A stretch of 13,399 bases of DNA, from the NCBI GenBank assembly GCA_043816005.1, contig JBDRIM010000051.1, forward strand, positions 1 through 13,399, read 5' to 3'. The notes below the pieces were generated by a model. The model worked only from the letters and a program-made list of their open reading frames with translations. It was not told the DNA's origin and made no database searches. Positions 1 through 8,144 of this stretch are shown here, piece after piece. A program made the translations under genes and the position numbers. The stretch is from Candidatus Micrarchaeota archaeon (lineage in GTDB: Archaea; Micrarchaeota; Micrarchaeia; Anstonellales; Bilamarchaeaceae). Position 1 is the first letter of the stretch. Each line of letters starts with the position of its first letter.

Positions 1-1109
1 CAAGACAAGCTGGCAAAACAACATTTTTGAAAGAACACATAAAAGGCAAAGGCATTCCCTATCTGATGTTCGATGATCCAGACATCAAAGGTCTGTTTGA
101 CGAAGATATAAAAAAATTCGAGATTCAGTATCTGAAAGGTCATGTTCTGACAGTTCTGGACGAAGTTCAATACGGTAAAGAAGCCGGTCAAAAACTGAAA
201 TACTTAGCTGATAAAGGGTACAGGCTTTGGATAACTTCTTCATCCCAGACTATATTGGGAAAAGATGTGCTGTCGTGGCTTGTTGGAAGGGCAACCAGTC
301 TTAGACTATACCAATTCTCATTTAGAGAATTTTTGAGGGCAAAGGAGCAGAAGGAAACCAATATCACAATTATTAGGCGACTTATATGGGAACATGTTAT
401 CTATGGTGGATATCCAAAGGTAGTTATTACCGAAGAAGTAGAATTGAAAAAAACTCTATTGCGCGATTTATTTGAGCTCATGGTTCTCAAGGACATGTCA
501 AAAACATTTTCCATCGAAGACGTTGGTTCATTGGAAAGATTCTCAAGATACCTTTCTCATTCTATAGGAAACATACTCATATATGACAAAGTTGCAAGTG
601 ACATGGGGTTATCATTTCAAACAGTAAAAAAATATCTTGATGCCATGGAACAAAGCTATCTTATTCAGCGAGTGGAACCTTTTTTTACCAACAAACTTAA
701 GGAAGTCACCAAACAACCAAAACTTTATTTTGTCGATACTGGTTTGAGGAACGCAATTGCAAATGAGTTTCCATCTGAGCTTGAAAATAACGGAAAATTA
801 TTCGAGAACTATGTTTTCTGCGAGCTCTTAAAGCTTGGTCTACATATAAAATATTGGCATACCAAATCAAAAGCAGAAGTTGATTTTATAATAGAGAAAG
901 ATGGAAAAATTATCCCGATCGAAGTCAAACTCAATTCACCCAAAGGAAAGATCGAACGTAGTCTGCATTCTTTTATAGATATATACAAACCAAAACTAGC
1001 GCTTGTAGTTTTTTATAACGGCATCCCGAACGAGGTCCTAGTGAATGGTTGTAAAGTTATAGCGACCGACATCACAAGATTGGCAAACGCATTGAGTCGA
1101 AGAATATGA
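1..1109 (+). CDS. AAA+ superfamily ATPase (AAA_14 + DUF4143 C-terminal domain), 5'-truncated by the window edge
   Basis: The frame is open from base 3 and reads RQAGKTTFLKEH (end of Walker A), so the TTG at 27 in the ORF track is not the real start. Also present: Walker B VLDEVQ, GGYP motif, KLYFVDTGL, and C-terminal AEVDFI...IPIEVK typical of DUF4143. Confidence 0.9.
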   Translation, partial: RQAGKTTFLKEHIKGKGIPYLMFDDPDIKGLFDEDIKKFEIQYLKGHVLTVLDEVQYGKEAGQKLKYLADKGYRLWITSSSQTILGKDVLSWLVGRATSLRLYQFSFREFLRAKEQKETNITIIRRLIWEHVIYGGYPKVVITEEVELKKTLLRDLFELMVLKDMSKTFSIEDVGSLERFSRYLSHSIGNILIYDKVASDMGLSFQTVKKYLDAMEQSYLIQRVEPFFTNKLKEVTKQPKLYFVDTGLRNAIANEFPSELENNGKLFENYVFCELLKLGLHIKYWHTKSKAEVDFIIEKDGKIIPIEVKLNSPKGKIERSLHSFIDIYKPKLALVVFYNGIPNEVLVNGCKVIATDITRLANALSRRI

Positions 1110-2230
1110 AACTTATCATTGTCACCCCATTTTTAGAAACCAAGGGAGGTATGGAACGAGTAGTATTAAAGATGGCCAGTCATTTCAAGGCCAAAATACA
1201 TTGCCTCAGGTATACTCCTGAAAATACATTCCCAGAATTCTCTAATCTTAATGTCGAAGTGGCGGAAAAGTCAATTCTTGATAGTCTTCCTTTTGGAAGA
1301 GTTACTAGTGCTGTTCGGGCAGGGCAATATTTCTATAATAAAAAATTCAGTGATTATGACATTATTAATGCACATCAAACACCCTCAGAATGGATCAGTA
1401 ACAAAAACAAACCCGTAATCTGGTATTGTTACAGTCCAAATCGTGAAGCCTTTGATCTTTATCAATGGAGGATGAAACGCAGGGGTCCAATTTCTAAGGC
1501 AATGTTTTGGGCATCTATTCAGGCATTCAAACACATTGAATTCAGTGTAGTTCCAAAAGTAGAATACATTTTCACTAGCTGTAAAAATCCCCAAGAGCGT
1601 ATAAAAAAATATCTAAATCGCGAATCAGAAGTACTTTATCCCGGTGTCGAATCCGAAAAATTTTCCTGTAAAAGTTATGATCAATTTTTCTTTTATCCAT
1701 CTAGAATTGCACCTGAAAAAGAATTAGAATATGCTATCGAAGCATTCAAACTTTTCTCTTCACGTGCAAAAGGATGGAAACTAATTATTGCAGGTTCTCT
1801 TTCCAATCGTCCAGAACACCAAAATTACTACAAAAAAATCAAATCACTATGCTCTCCAAATATAATAATCGAAACCAACATTTCAGATGAAAGACTCCAT
1901 GAGCTTTATTCCACTTGTTATGCTGTTCTTTTTACACCAATAAACGAGGACTACGGTCTTATTCCATTGGAAGCGATGGCGTCATCAAAACCATGTATAG
2001 CTAGAAACGAAGGCGGACCAAAAGAAACAATCACCAATGAAGTTGATGGTTTCTTGGTTGACAGTGTTTGGGCAATGTCAGAGAAAATGGAATGGTTATC
2101 AAAACACCCTAATAAATGTGCCACTATGGGCAGAGTAGGACGAAATAAAGTCCAGAAAAACTTTACTTGGGATCATTTCCTAAAAAGGTTTGAAGAAAAG
2201 GCGAAAGAAGTCATAGAATCAAAGGCGTAA
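1106..2230 (+). CDS. GT-B fold glycosyltransferase, family GT4 (Glycos_transf_1)
   Basis: N-terminal GGMERVV, SRIAPEK, and GT4 signature EDYGLIPLEAMASSKPCIA...GGPKETI...DGFLV. ATGA overlap with the upstream ATPase stop codon. Confidence 0.92.
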   Translation: MKLIIVTPFLETKGGMERVVLKMASHFKAKIHCLRYTPENTFPEFSNLNVEVAEKSILDSLPFGRVTSAVRAGQYFYNKKFSDYDIINAHQTPSEWISNKNKPVIWYCYSPNREAFDLYQWRMKRRGPISKAMFWASIQAFKHIEFSVVPKVEYIFTSCKNPQERIKKYLNRESEVLYPGVESEKFSCKSYDQFFFYPSRIAPEKELEYAIEAFKLFSSRAKGWKLIIAGSLSNRPEHQNYYKKIKSLCSPNIIIETNISDERLHELYSTCYAVLFTPINEDYGLIPLEAMASSKPCIARNEGGPKETITNEVDGFLVDSVWAMSEKMEWLSKHPNKCATMGRVGRNKVQKNFTWDHFLKRFEEKAKEVIESKA

Positions 2231-2232
2231 TT

Positions 2233-3273
2233 ATGGTAAAAATAGGTTTTAGGGTCAATTTCAAAACCGGATCCGACAATATCCAAAGATGTTTAACTAT
2301 AGCATCAGGCTTACTCGAAACTGATCCAGCATGCGAGATTTTCTTTTTTACTTCGTCATCTGGCAGTCATAATGATAAGATCATAAATGCGGGGGGCACT
2401 CCATTTGATTTTGGTCCGATCAATACACCATCAGAAGATCTTGAAGCAACCGAAGATGCAATCAAAAGATATGGGATAGAAATTCTTCTACTTGACAGCT
2501 ATTCTATCAATGAACACTATCTAAAATCAATCAAACCAAAAGTAAAACTACTTGTTGTGTTAGATGATTACCCTCATCTGCAAAACTACCATTCCAACAT
2601 CCTAATAAATCCAAATTTATATGCCCATCTTTTACAATATACTCATGATGATGACACTGAACTTTTGTTTGGAACTGAATTCTTTCCATTAGAAAAAGAA
2701 TTTGATCAATATACTGATTTTGAACATACTAACTCGGATGAAGTCAAGCACATTCTTGTTATGTTTGAAGGAAACGATTCCAAAAGTACATCTATTCTGA
2801 CTGTAAAAGCACTCAAGACACTTCAAAATCATTTTTCAGTAACAATTATAATTGACAAATTATTCAAAAATAGCGAAGCGCTTGCCAAAGAAATAGGTCT
2901 TGATTCACGTTTTATTGTTCTTCAGGATGTTAAAGAAATAGCAAAAAAGATGGCATCATGCGATCTTGCAATTTCTAATCCAGGTTCCAAATTCTATGAA
3001 TTCGCATTTTTCAAGATTCCAACCGTCTTCATATCCTACGCTAACTATCGACCTATCTTCTCAGATTATACGAGTAAAAATGGTCTTACAATTCTTTTAA
3101 ACGGAGATGAGAGTGCAGAATCGTTGGGCAATCAATTAGGACAGTTTATATCAGATAAAAACGAACGAATCAGACTATCTGCCAGAATGGATGATCTTGT
3201 TGATGGTTTGGGGCGTTTTAGAATTGCAGATGAAATCTTAAAAATGTACAAGGAAAAAACAGAAATGATTTAA
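2233..3273 (+). CDS. PseG/SpsG-like GT-B fold protein (UDP-sugar hydrolase/glycosyltransferase family) with a degenerate active-site motif
   Basis: FRV...IQRCLTIA N-terminus, LLDSYSI, VVLDDY, ILINPNL, LLFGTEFFPLEKEF and MASCDLAIS..GS.FYE....IPT all match PseG/SpsG blocks. The GxGH motif reads GSDN. Confidence 0.8.
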   Translation: MVKIGFRVNFKTGSDNIQRCLTIASGLLETDPACEIFFFTSSSGSHNDKIINAGGTPFDFGPINTPSEDLEATEDAIKRYGIEILLLDSYSINEHYLKSIKPKVKLLVVLDDYPHLQNYHSNILINPNLYAHLLQYTHDDDTELLFGTEFFPLEKEFDQYTDFEHTNSDEVKHILVMFEGNDSKSTSILTVKALKTLQNHFSVTIIIDKLFKNSEALAKEIGLDSRFIVLQDVKEIAKKMASCDLAISNPGSKFYEFAFFKIPTVFISYANYRPIFSDYTSKNGLTILLNGDESAESLGNQLGQFISDKNERIRLSARMDDLVDGLGRFRIADEILKMYKEKTEMI

Positions 3274-3305
3274 ATTAAATTAACTACTAAACCTAAGGTA
3301 TTTTT

Positions 3306-4196
3306 ATGAAAATTCTAGTTACTGGTGCACTTGGTTTTATTGGTTCTCATCTAACAGAGCAGCTTGTCAAAGACGGGCACGAAGTAGTTGCACTTGATAA
3401 TTTACATACTGGTAGCGAGGCTAACATTTCAGCAGTCAAAGACAAAATCAAAATTCTGAAGATGAGCTCTGGAGAGATTGCAAAAACTAATGAAAAATTT
3501 GATGCAATCTTTCATCAAGGCATTTATTCATCTTCGCCCATGTACAAAGAGAATCCAAACCTTACCGCAACAATAATTAGCGAATGGATATCCATTCTTG
3601 AATATACAAGAAAAAACAACAACAAACTGGTTTTTGCTTCTTCAAGTTCTCTCTATAATGGTAATGCGCCACCTCATCACGAGGGTATGGAAATAAAAAT
3701 AACTGATTTTTACACAGAAGGGAGATATGCCATGGAAAGAATGGCAATTTTATACAACAATCTATATGGAATGCCAATCGTAGGGCTCAGATATTTCAGC
3801 GTTTATGGACCACATGAAAAATCAAAAGGGAAGTATGCAAATTTGGTCTCACAATTTTTATGGGATATGCAAGCTGGTAAACAACCTCTCATACTCGGAG
3901 ATGGAATCCAATCCAGGGATTTTGTTTATGTTGATGATGTTGTGGCAGCTAACTTACTCGCCTCGAAATATAATAAATTCGGAATTTTCAATGTTGGAAC
4001 TGGGAAAAATACCGACCTTAATCAAGTAGTTGTTTTGCTCAATAAAAAATTAGGAACCAATATACAACCAAGATATGAACCAAACAACATCAAAAACTAT
4101 GTCAAACACACTCTTTCAGATGTTTCTCTTGCCAAAAAAGAACTTGATTTTAGCGCAAAAATCATGCTTGAAGATGGGATGGATTTTATTTTGTAG
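3306..4196 (+). CDS. NAD-dependent nucleotide-sugar epimerase/dehydratase (extended SDR)
   Basis: ILVTGALGFIGSHL Rossmann motif, LDNL, FASSSSLY, LRYFSVYGP, GDGIQSRDFVYVDDVV and FNVGTG. The catalytic motif reads YTEGR. Confidence 0.93.
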   Translation: MKILVTGALGFIGSHLTEQLVKDGHEVVALDNLHTGSEANISAVKDKIKILKMSSGEIAKTNEKFDAIFHQGIYSSSPMYKENPNLTATIISEWISILEYTRKNNNKLVFASSSSLYNGNAPPHHEGMEIKITDFYTEGRYAMERMAILYNNLYGMPIVGLRYFSVYGPHEKSKGKYANLVSQFLWDMQAGKQPLILGDGIQSRDFVYVDDVVAANLLASKYNKFGIFNVGTGKNTDLNQVVVLLNKKLGTNIQPRYEPNNIKNYVKHTLSDVSLAKKELDFSAKIMLEDGMDFIL

Positions 4197-4204
4197 GTTG
4201 AATT

Positions 4205-5836
4205 ATGGAAATTTCTACACATGCAAAAGAAGTTGCAAAAGGTAGTGTTTGGGGACTTATTGGTAATCTTACGGTCAAATTTTCTTCTTTTTTATATACT
4301 ATTCTCATTGCTCGTGCTGCTTCACAGGGCGATGTTGGTATCTACTATCTCTGTCTTAGTATCATAACAATCGTTACTATCTTTAGTGATCTTGGCATTT
4401 GCGGTTCAATTACGCGATATTTGCCATTTTTCGAAGGTAAAGGCCAAAAAGCAAAAATAAAATGGCTAATCGATCTTGGTTTCAAAGTTATATTTGTTAT
4501 GGGATTTCTGGTTTCCGTTTTTATTTTCTTAACTGCGGATCTGATCGGTGATTTCTACAAAAACCCTACACTTCCTGAAGCATTGCGTATATTTTCTTCA
4601 TTTTTTATAATACATAATGTTTTCCGTTTCTACCTTTCTCTTCTTGTTGGTAAAGCCGATATGAAAAATAGCCAAGTACTATCTAATGTTCAAAATTTTG
4701 GCAAATTTATATTCACCCTCCTTCTTTTCTATATGTTTGGTGCCTCTCCACTTACCCTTATTGCAGCGTATATCCTTTCCCACGCTGCAGCAGTACTTTT
4801 TTTGTTTCCTAGAATAACGAAACTTGTAAATGAATTTTCTGGAGCTAGTGGGGGGGTATCAACAACTGAATTTGTTAATGATGTTTTGCCTTTGGGCATA
4901 ATGATAACTGCACTTGGTAGTTTAGTGCTAATCCTATCTTCCTCAGATCGATTGATCATGGGCATTTTGATGGATCCAACAAAAGTTAACGAGTTAATTG
5001 CAATTTATTCACTTGCTGCTTCTCTTGCAGTATCTTTAGGGATTTTCTATGGTTCTGTGACTGGTATCTTCATGCCTGTTATCTCCAGATTGATGGGTAA
5101 AGGGGATTTTAAAGAGGTTAATTCCGTAATGCAAACCGCTCAAAGATGGTCCCTTTTTATCACTATTCCATTCGCCATAATTTTTATTGCATTTTCATCA
5201 GACATGCTTAGAATTTTTTATGGTGCTAGCTATCAATCAGGATGGCTAGTTCTTGCTATTTTTTCTGTTGGGGTGCTAATCTCAGCAATACCTGCAGTTA
5301 TTTCTTCTGCACTAATTGCAAATCGAAGAGTGGATATTGAACTTTTGATTGCTGCGTTTGTTGCAGTTGTGAACATAGTACTTTCGTTTGCTCTTATCCC
5401 TTCATTAGGTATAGCAGGTGCTGCTCTTGCTACAATGATTGGAATGTCTATCGGTGCCATCTTACAACTTTACTATGGTAAAAAGATATTCAACTTTACA
5501 TCTCCAATAGAAATTTACAAACTTCTTCTTGCTGGGTTTTTTGTTCTTTTGATGGCCATCATTGTTAATCCTATTATAGCTAACTTTGTTGCAGACCTAA
5601 CTATTTCATTCCCAGAAGGAATTCTCTCACAATATGGCAACAAAGTTGTCTACCTTGGTTATCTTGGCATTTTATCTGCCCTTGCAGGAATTCTTTTCGT
5701 TGCTTTTTCACTTTTACTCAAATGTTTCCATGCTGAGGACATTTCTCTTATGAAATCTGCTATGCGAAGAATCAAAGTCCCACAATCATTTATTGATTTT
5801 TCAACAAAAATCGCTTCATATGGAGTAAAAATGTAA
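4205..5836 (+). CDS. Wzx/RfbX-type oligosaccharide flippase (MOP superfamily, Polysacc_synt)
   Basis: Highly hydrophobic with many TM segments. Motifs: IAR...DVGIY, FSDLGI...ITRY, SDRLIMG, FMPVISRL, ALIPSLGIAGAALAT. Lies at the end of the glycosylation gene block. Confidence 0.9.
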   Translation: MEISTHAKEVAKGSVWGLIGNLTVKFSSFLYTILIARAASQGDVGIYYLCLSIITIVTIFSDLGICGSITRYLPFFEGKGQKAKIKWLIDLGFKVIFVMGFLVSVFIFLTADLIGDFYKNPTLPEALRIFSSFFIIHNVFRFYLSLLVGKADMKNSQVLSNVQNFGKFIFTLLLFYMFGASPLTLIAAYILSHAAAVLFLFPRITKLVNEFSGASGGVSTTEFVNDVLPLGIMITALGSLVLILSSSDRLIMGILMDPTKVNELIAIYSLAASLAVSLGIFYGSVTGIFMPVISRLMGKGDFKEVNSVMQTAQRWSLFITIPFAIIFIAFSSDMLRIFYGASYQSGWLVLAIFSVGVLISAIPAVISSALIANRRVDIELLIAAFVAVVNIVLSFALIPSLGIAGAALATMIGMSIGAILQLYYGKKIFNFTSPIEIYKLLLAGFFVLLMAIIVNPIIANFVADLTISFPEGILSQYGNKVVYLGYLGILSALAGILFVAFSLLLKCFHAEDISLMKSAMRRIKVPQSFIDFSTKIASYGVKM

Positions 5837-5843
5837 AATTTTA

Positions 5844-5868
5844 CGTAATCGAAATAAATTTCGATACG
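5844..5868. repeat. Inverted repeat/hairpin just after the flippase stop codon
   Basis: CGT-A-ATCGAAAT-AA-ATTTCGAT-ACG: 8-bp perfect arms plus 3 bp beyond a bulged A. Confidence 0.7.
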
Positions 5869-5881
5869 AGGCAACTCTTGA

Positions 5882-5915
5882 TTTTTACTGGGAGCCAAAA
5901 AAATCCCTGTAAAAA
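5882..5915. repeat. Inverted repeat/hairpin with 12-nt arms and 10-nt loop
   Basis: TTTTTACTGGGA (5882-5893) and TCCCTGTAAAAA (5904-5915), with one T/T mismatch. Confidence 0.7.
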
Positions 5916-5955
5916 AAATTTGAAGGTTATGATATCTGGATATCTATATCTTACT

Positions 5956-5978
5956 CGCGCTCCAGCGCGTTTTTGTTT
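5956..5978 (+). terminator. GC hairpin plus T-tract, putative terminator of the glycan operon
   Basis: CGCGC-TCCA-GCGCG followed directly by TTTTTGTTT. The GC-rich stem stands out in an AT-rich region. Confidence 0.55.
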
Positions 5979-6022
5979 GATTGTTCGGTTTAATTGTCAG
6001 ACTACCTATCAAAATGCCCCGT

Positions 6023-6038
6023 CAAAGAGAATTTAAAC
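6023..6038 (+). promoter_or_regulatory. Archaeal BRE/TATA promoter for the A24 peptidase gene, probably a leaderless mRNA
   Basis: Purine-rich CAAAGAGAA followed by TTTAAAC (6032-6038), ending 22 nt before ATG 6061. The intervening sequence is pyrimidine-rich with no SD. Confidence 0.6.
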
Positions 6039-6060
6039 AGTTTCCATTATTCTTTCTTCC

Positions 6061-6909
6061 ATGTTAGAAGATATTCTTTTTGGTCAGCTTACATTACCAG
6101 GAGAACTTATACGCGTTGTTATTGCATTTATCGGTGTAATTGCAGCAACCTATTACGATCTGTTTAATAAGAAAAATGTTCCAGATTTGTTTCTCTATGC
6201 TTTTCTGGCAGTTGCATTTTTAGTTAATTTAGTGTTCTATCAAGAAAGTCTTTTCTGGTTTTCACTTGCCATAGCTTTCTTCATGTCCGCCATAGGTTAT
6301 CTATTTTATCGAGTAGGTCAGCTTGGTGGAGCTGATGTATTCATCCTTGCTGCTATAATGCTATTACTTCCAATTCATCCATCACTTTCAGAGATGTCTT
6401 TCAATATGCCTTTCATATTCTCAGTCATCATTTTCTCTGGTGTTATTTTTGCACTTTACATGATGATTCATTTTGGATTCAAACTATTGAAAACCGATAC
6501 AAAACCAAACTATCTGTATCTCCTCATGTTTGTTCCATATGGGCTGTTTGCCTATGTTTACGTAGGTTCATTTTTATTCTCACCAATATACTTTGCATTC
6601 ATCACAATTTCTATGTTTGCCATAATACTGATGATGATATTCAAGGAATCAATCAACAAGCTTCTTGCAGAGGAGCTACCATTATCACAGCTTGAACAAG
6701 AAGATGTGTTGGCACTTGAACTGATGAACAAAGATCTGGTCGAAAGATACAAGCTCACAAGACTTGTTACAAAAAGCGAACTCGAGAGATTGAAAAAGAC
6801 CAAATTAGGCGAAGTGTGGGTGTATACTAAACTCCCTCCATTTGTTCCATTTATCCTTATAGGGATGATACTTTCACTCTTCTTTGCAAAACATCTTCTG
6901 CTTTTTTAA
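6061..6909 (+). CDS. A24 family prepilin/preflagellin peptidase (FlaK/PibD-like GxGD-type aspartic intramembrane protease)
   Basis: Multi-TM protein. First Asp in ATYYDL...VPD, second Asp in LGGADV, and C-terminal LPPFVPFILIG as in archaeal class III signal peptidases. Confidence 0.85.
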   Translation: MLEDILFGQLTLPGELIRVVIAFIGVIAATYYDLFNKKNVPDLFLYAFLAVAFLVNLVFYQESLFWFSLAIAFFMSAIGYLFYRVGQLGGADVFILAAIMLLLPIHPSLSEMSFNMPFIFSVIIFSGVIFALYMMIHFGFKLLKTDTKPNYLYLLMFVPYGLFAYVYVGSFLFSPIYFAFITISMFAIILMMIFKESINKLLAEELPLSQLEQEDVLALELMNKDLVERYKLTRLVTKSELERLKKTKLGEVWVYTKLPPFVPFILIGMILSLFFAKHLLLF

Positions 6910-6932
6910 TATTTGCTAATGAGTGATTTAAC

Positions 6933-8117
6933 ATGGATGCAGTGGCGATTATCAACTATCTTGTAGTTTTTACATTACTATTTATCACCATCTTTTTCCT
7001 ACTCTTATTCATACGTTATCGTGAATCATACTATAAAATTCCAAAGAAAACCAAATGGGAGCCAACAGTTTCAATAATAGTGCCAGCATACAATGAAGGA
7101 AAATATGTGGGCGACTGCATCGAAAGCATCCTTAAGGTTGATTATCCAAGAAATAAACTCGATATTGTGGTTGTCGATGATGGGTCCACGGATGATACCT
7201 ACTTAGTTGCTAAATCATATGAAAAGAAGGGAGTGAGGGTTTTTACTAAGAAAAACGGTGGTAAAGCAGCAGCACTGAATTTTGGACTCAAACAAGTGCA
7301 CGGAGAATTAGTTGCAACAATGGATGCAGACTCTTATCTTACAAAAAATACCATCACGGGGCTATTGCCATTTTTTAGTGATAACGATGTGATGGCCGTC
7401 ACTCCAGCAGTTAAGATCAAACAAAGCAGCTCCTGGTTGAAAGAAATCCAACGTGTAGAGTATCTTATGATCCTATTCTCGCGAAGAATTTTGAGTTTTA
7501 TAGAATGTGTCCCTGTTACTCCTGGTCCATTCAGCATGTTCCGGGCTTCAGTTTTCAAAGAAATAGGTGGTTTTGATGAGGGAAATCTAGTCGAAGATCA
7601 TGAAATGGCACTTCGTTTACAGTCTAAAAATTTCAAGATAAGAAGTTCAGTTACTGCTGAAGTTTATACAGAACCTCCAAACACAATCAAGGATCTCCTC
7701 TATCAAAGAGTAAGATGGCAACGGGGGGGTCTTCGTAATTATTGGAACTACCGTTATCTAATAAAACCCGAATATGGGGATTTTGGCATGTATTTTATAC
7801 CGTTAAACTTTGCTACAATCGTCGCATTTTTCGTAATCATCACTCTTATGGTGTCTTCAATATTATTTTCTCCTTATTACATGAGGTATATTTGGCTAGA
7901 TTCATTTCAGTTAGGTGTTAACTTCCTAAGTCTGATCTGGTTAACTCTTGCAATTCTAAGCACAGCGTTTGTTTACATTTCCGTAAAAAGTTTCAAGGAA
8001 GAAAAGGTGAAATTCCGTTATATTGCTTTTTTTGTGTTTTTCTTTTGGTATCTCATATTAGGATACAATCTCATCACATTGTGGAAAGAAGCAACTAAAG
8101 GGAGTAAGTCCTGGTAA
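6933..8117 (+). CDS. Membrane GT2 glycosyltransferase of the cellulose synthase/PgaC(IcaA)-like processive class
   Basis: N-terminal TM, VSIIVPAYNE, VDDGSTD, NGGKAAALN, MDAD (DxD), LVEDHEM, QRVRW (QxxRW) and C-terminal TM helices. Confidence 0.9.
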   Translation: MDAVAIINYLVVFTLLFITIFFLLLFIRYRESYYKIPKKTKWEPTVSIIVPAYNEGKYVGDCIESILKVDYPRNKLDIVVVDDGSTDDTYLVAKSYEKKGVRVFTKKNGGKAAALNFGLKQVHGELVATMDADSYLTKNTITGLLPFFSDNDVMAVTPAVKIKQSSSWLKEIQRVEYLMILFSRRILSFIECVPVTPGPFSMFRASVFKEIGGFDEGNLVEDHEMALRLQSKNFKIRSSVTAEVYTEPPNTIKDLLYQRVRWQRGGLRNYWNYRYLIKPEYGDFGMYFIPLNFATIVAFFVIITLMVSSILFSPYYMRYIWLDSFQLGVNFLSLIWLTLAILSTAFVYISVKSFKEEKVKFRYIAFFVFFFWYLILGYNLITLWKEATKGSKSW

Positions 8118-8124
8118 TTTAAAG
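8118..8124 (+). promoter_or_regulatory. Putative TATA box for the 8145 gene
   Basis: TTTAAAG immediately after the GT2 stop codon and about 20 nt before ATG 8145. Confidence 0.4.
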
Positions 8125-8144
8125 GTTAAGAGGGAATAAAGTTT

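Noticed and set aside
27..29. TTG start assigned to the first ORF by the track
   Set aside because: The frame continues upstream through the Walker A residues (RQAGKTT), so the real start is outside the window.
5822..5836. GGAGTAAAAATGTAA sharing the 11-mer GTAAAAATGTA with the psmA start region
   Set aside because: It is the last codons of the flippase (GVKM*). An AT-rich 11-mer match is plausible by chance and the dyad partner differs.
5927..5954. Possible archaeal Xer dif-like site (TTATGATATCT-GGATAT-CTATATCTTAC)
   Set aside because: The resemblance is only partial. The inner TAA/TTA flanking the 6-bp spacer is missing and no recombinase is nearby.
6010..6050. ORB/replication-origin-like elements (TGGAAAC, GGGG on the - strand)
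   Set aside because: There is no full or repeated ORB motif and no cdc6/orc1 gene. The region is better explained as the peptidase promoter.
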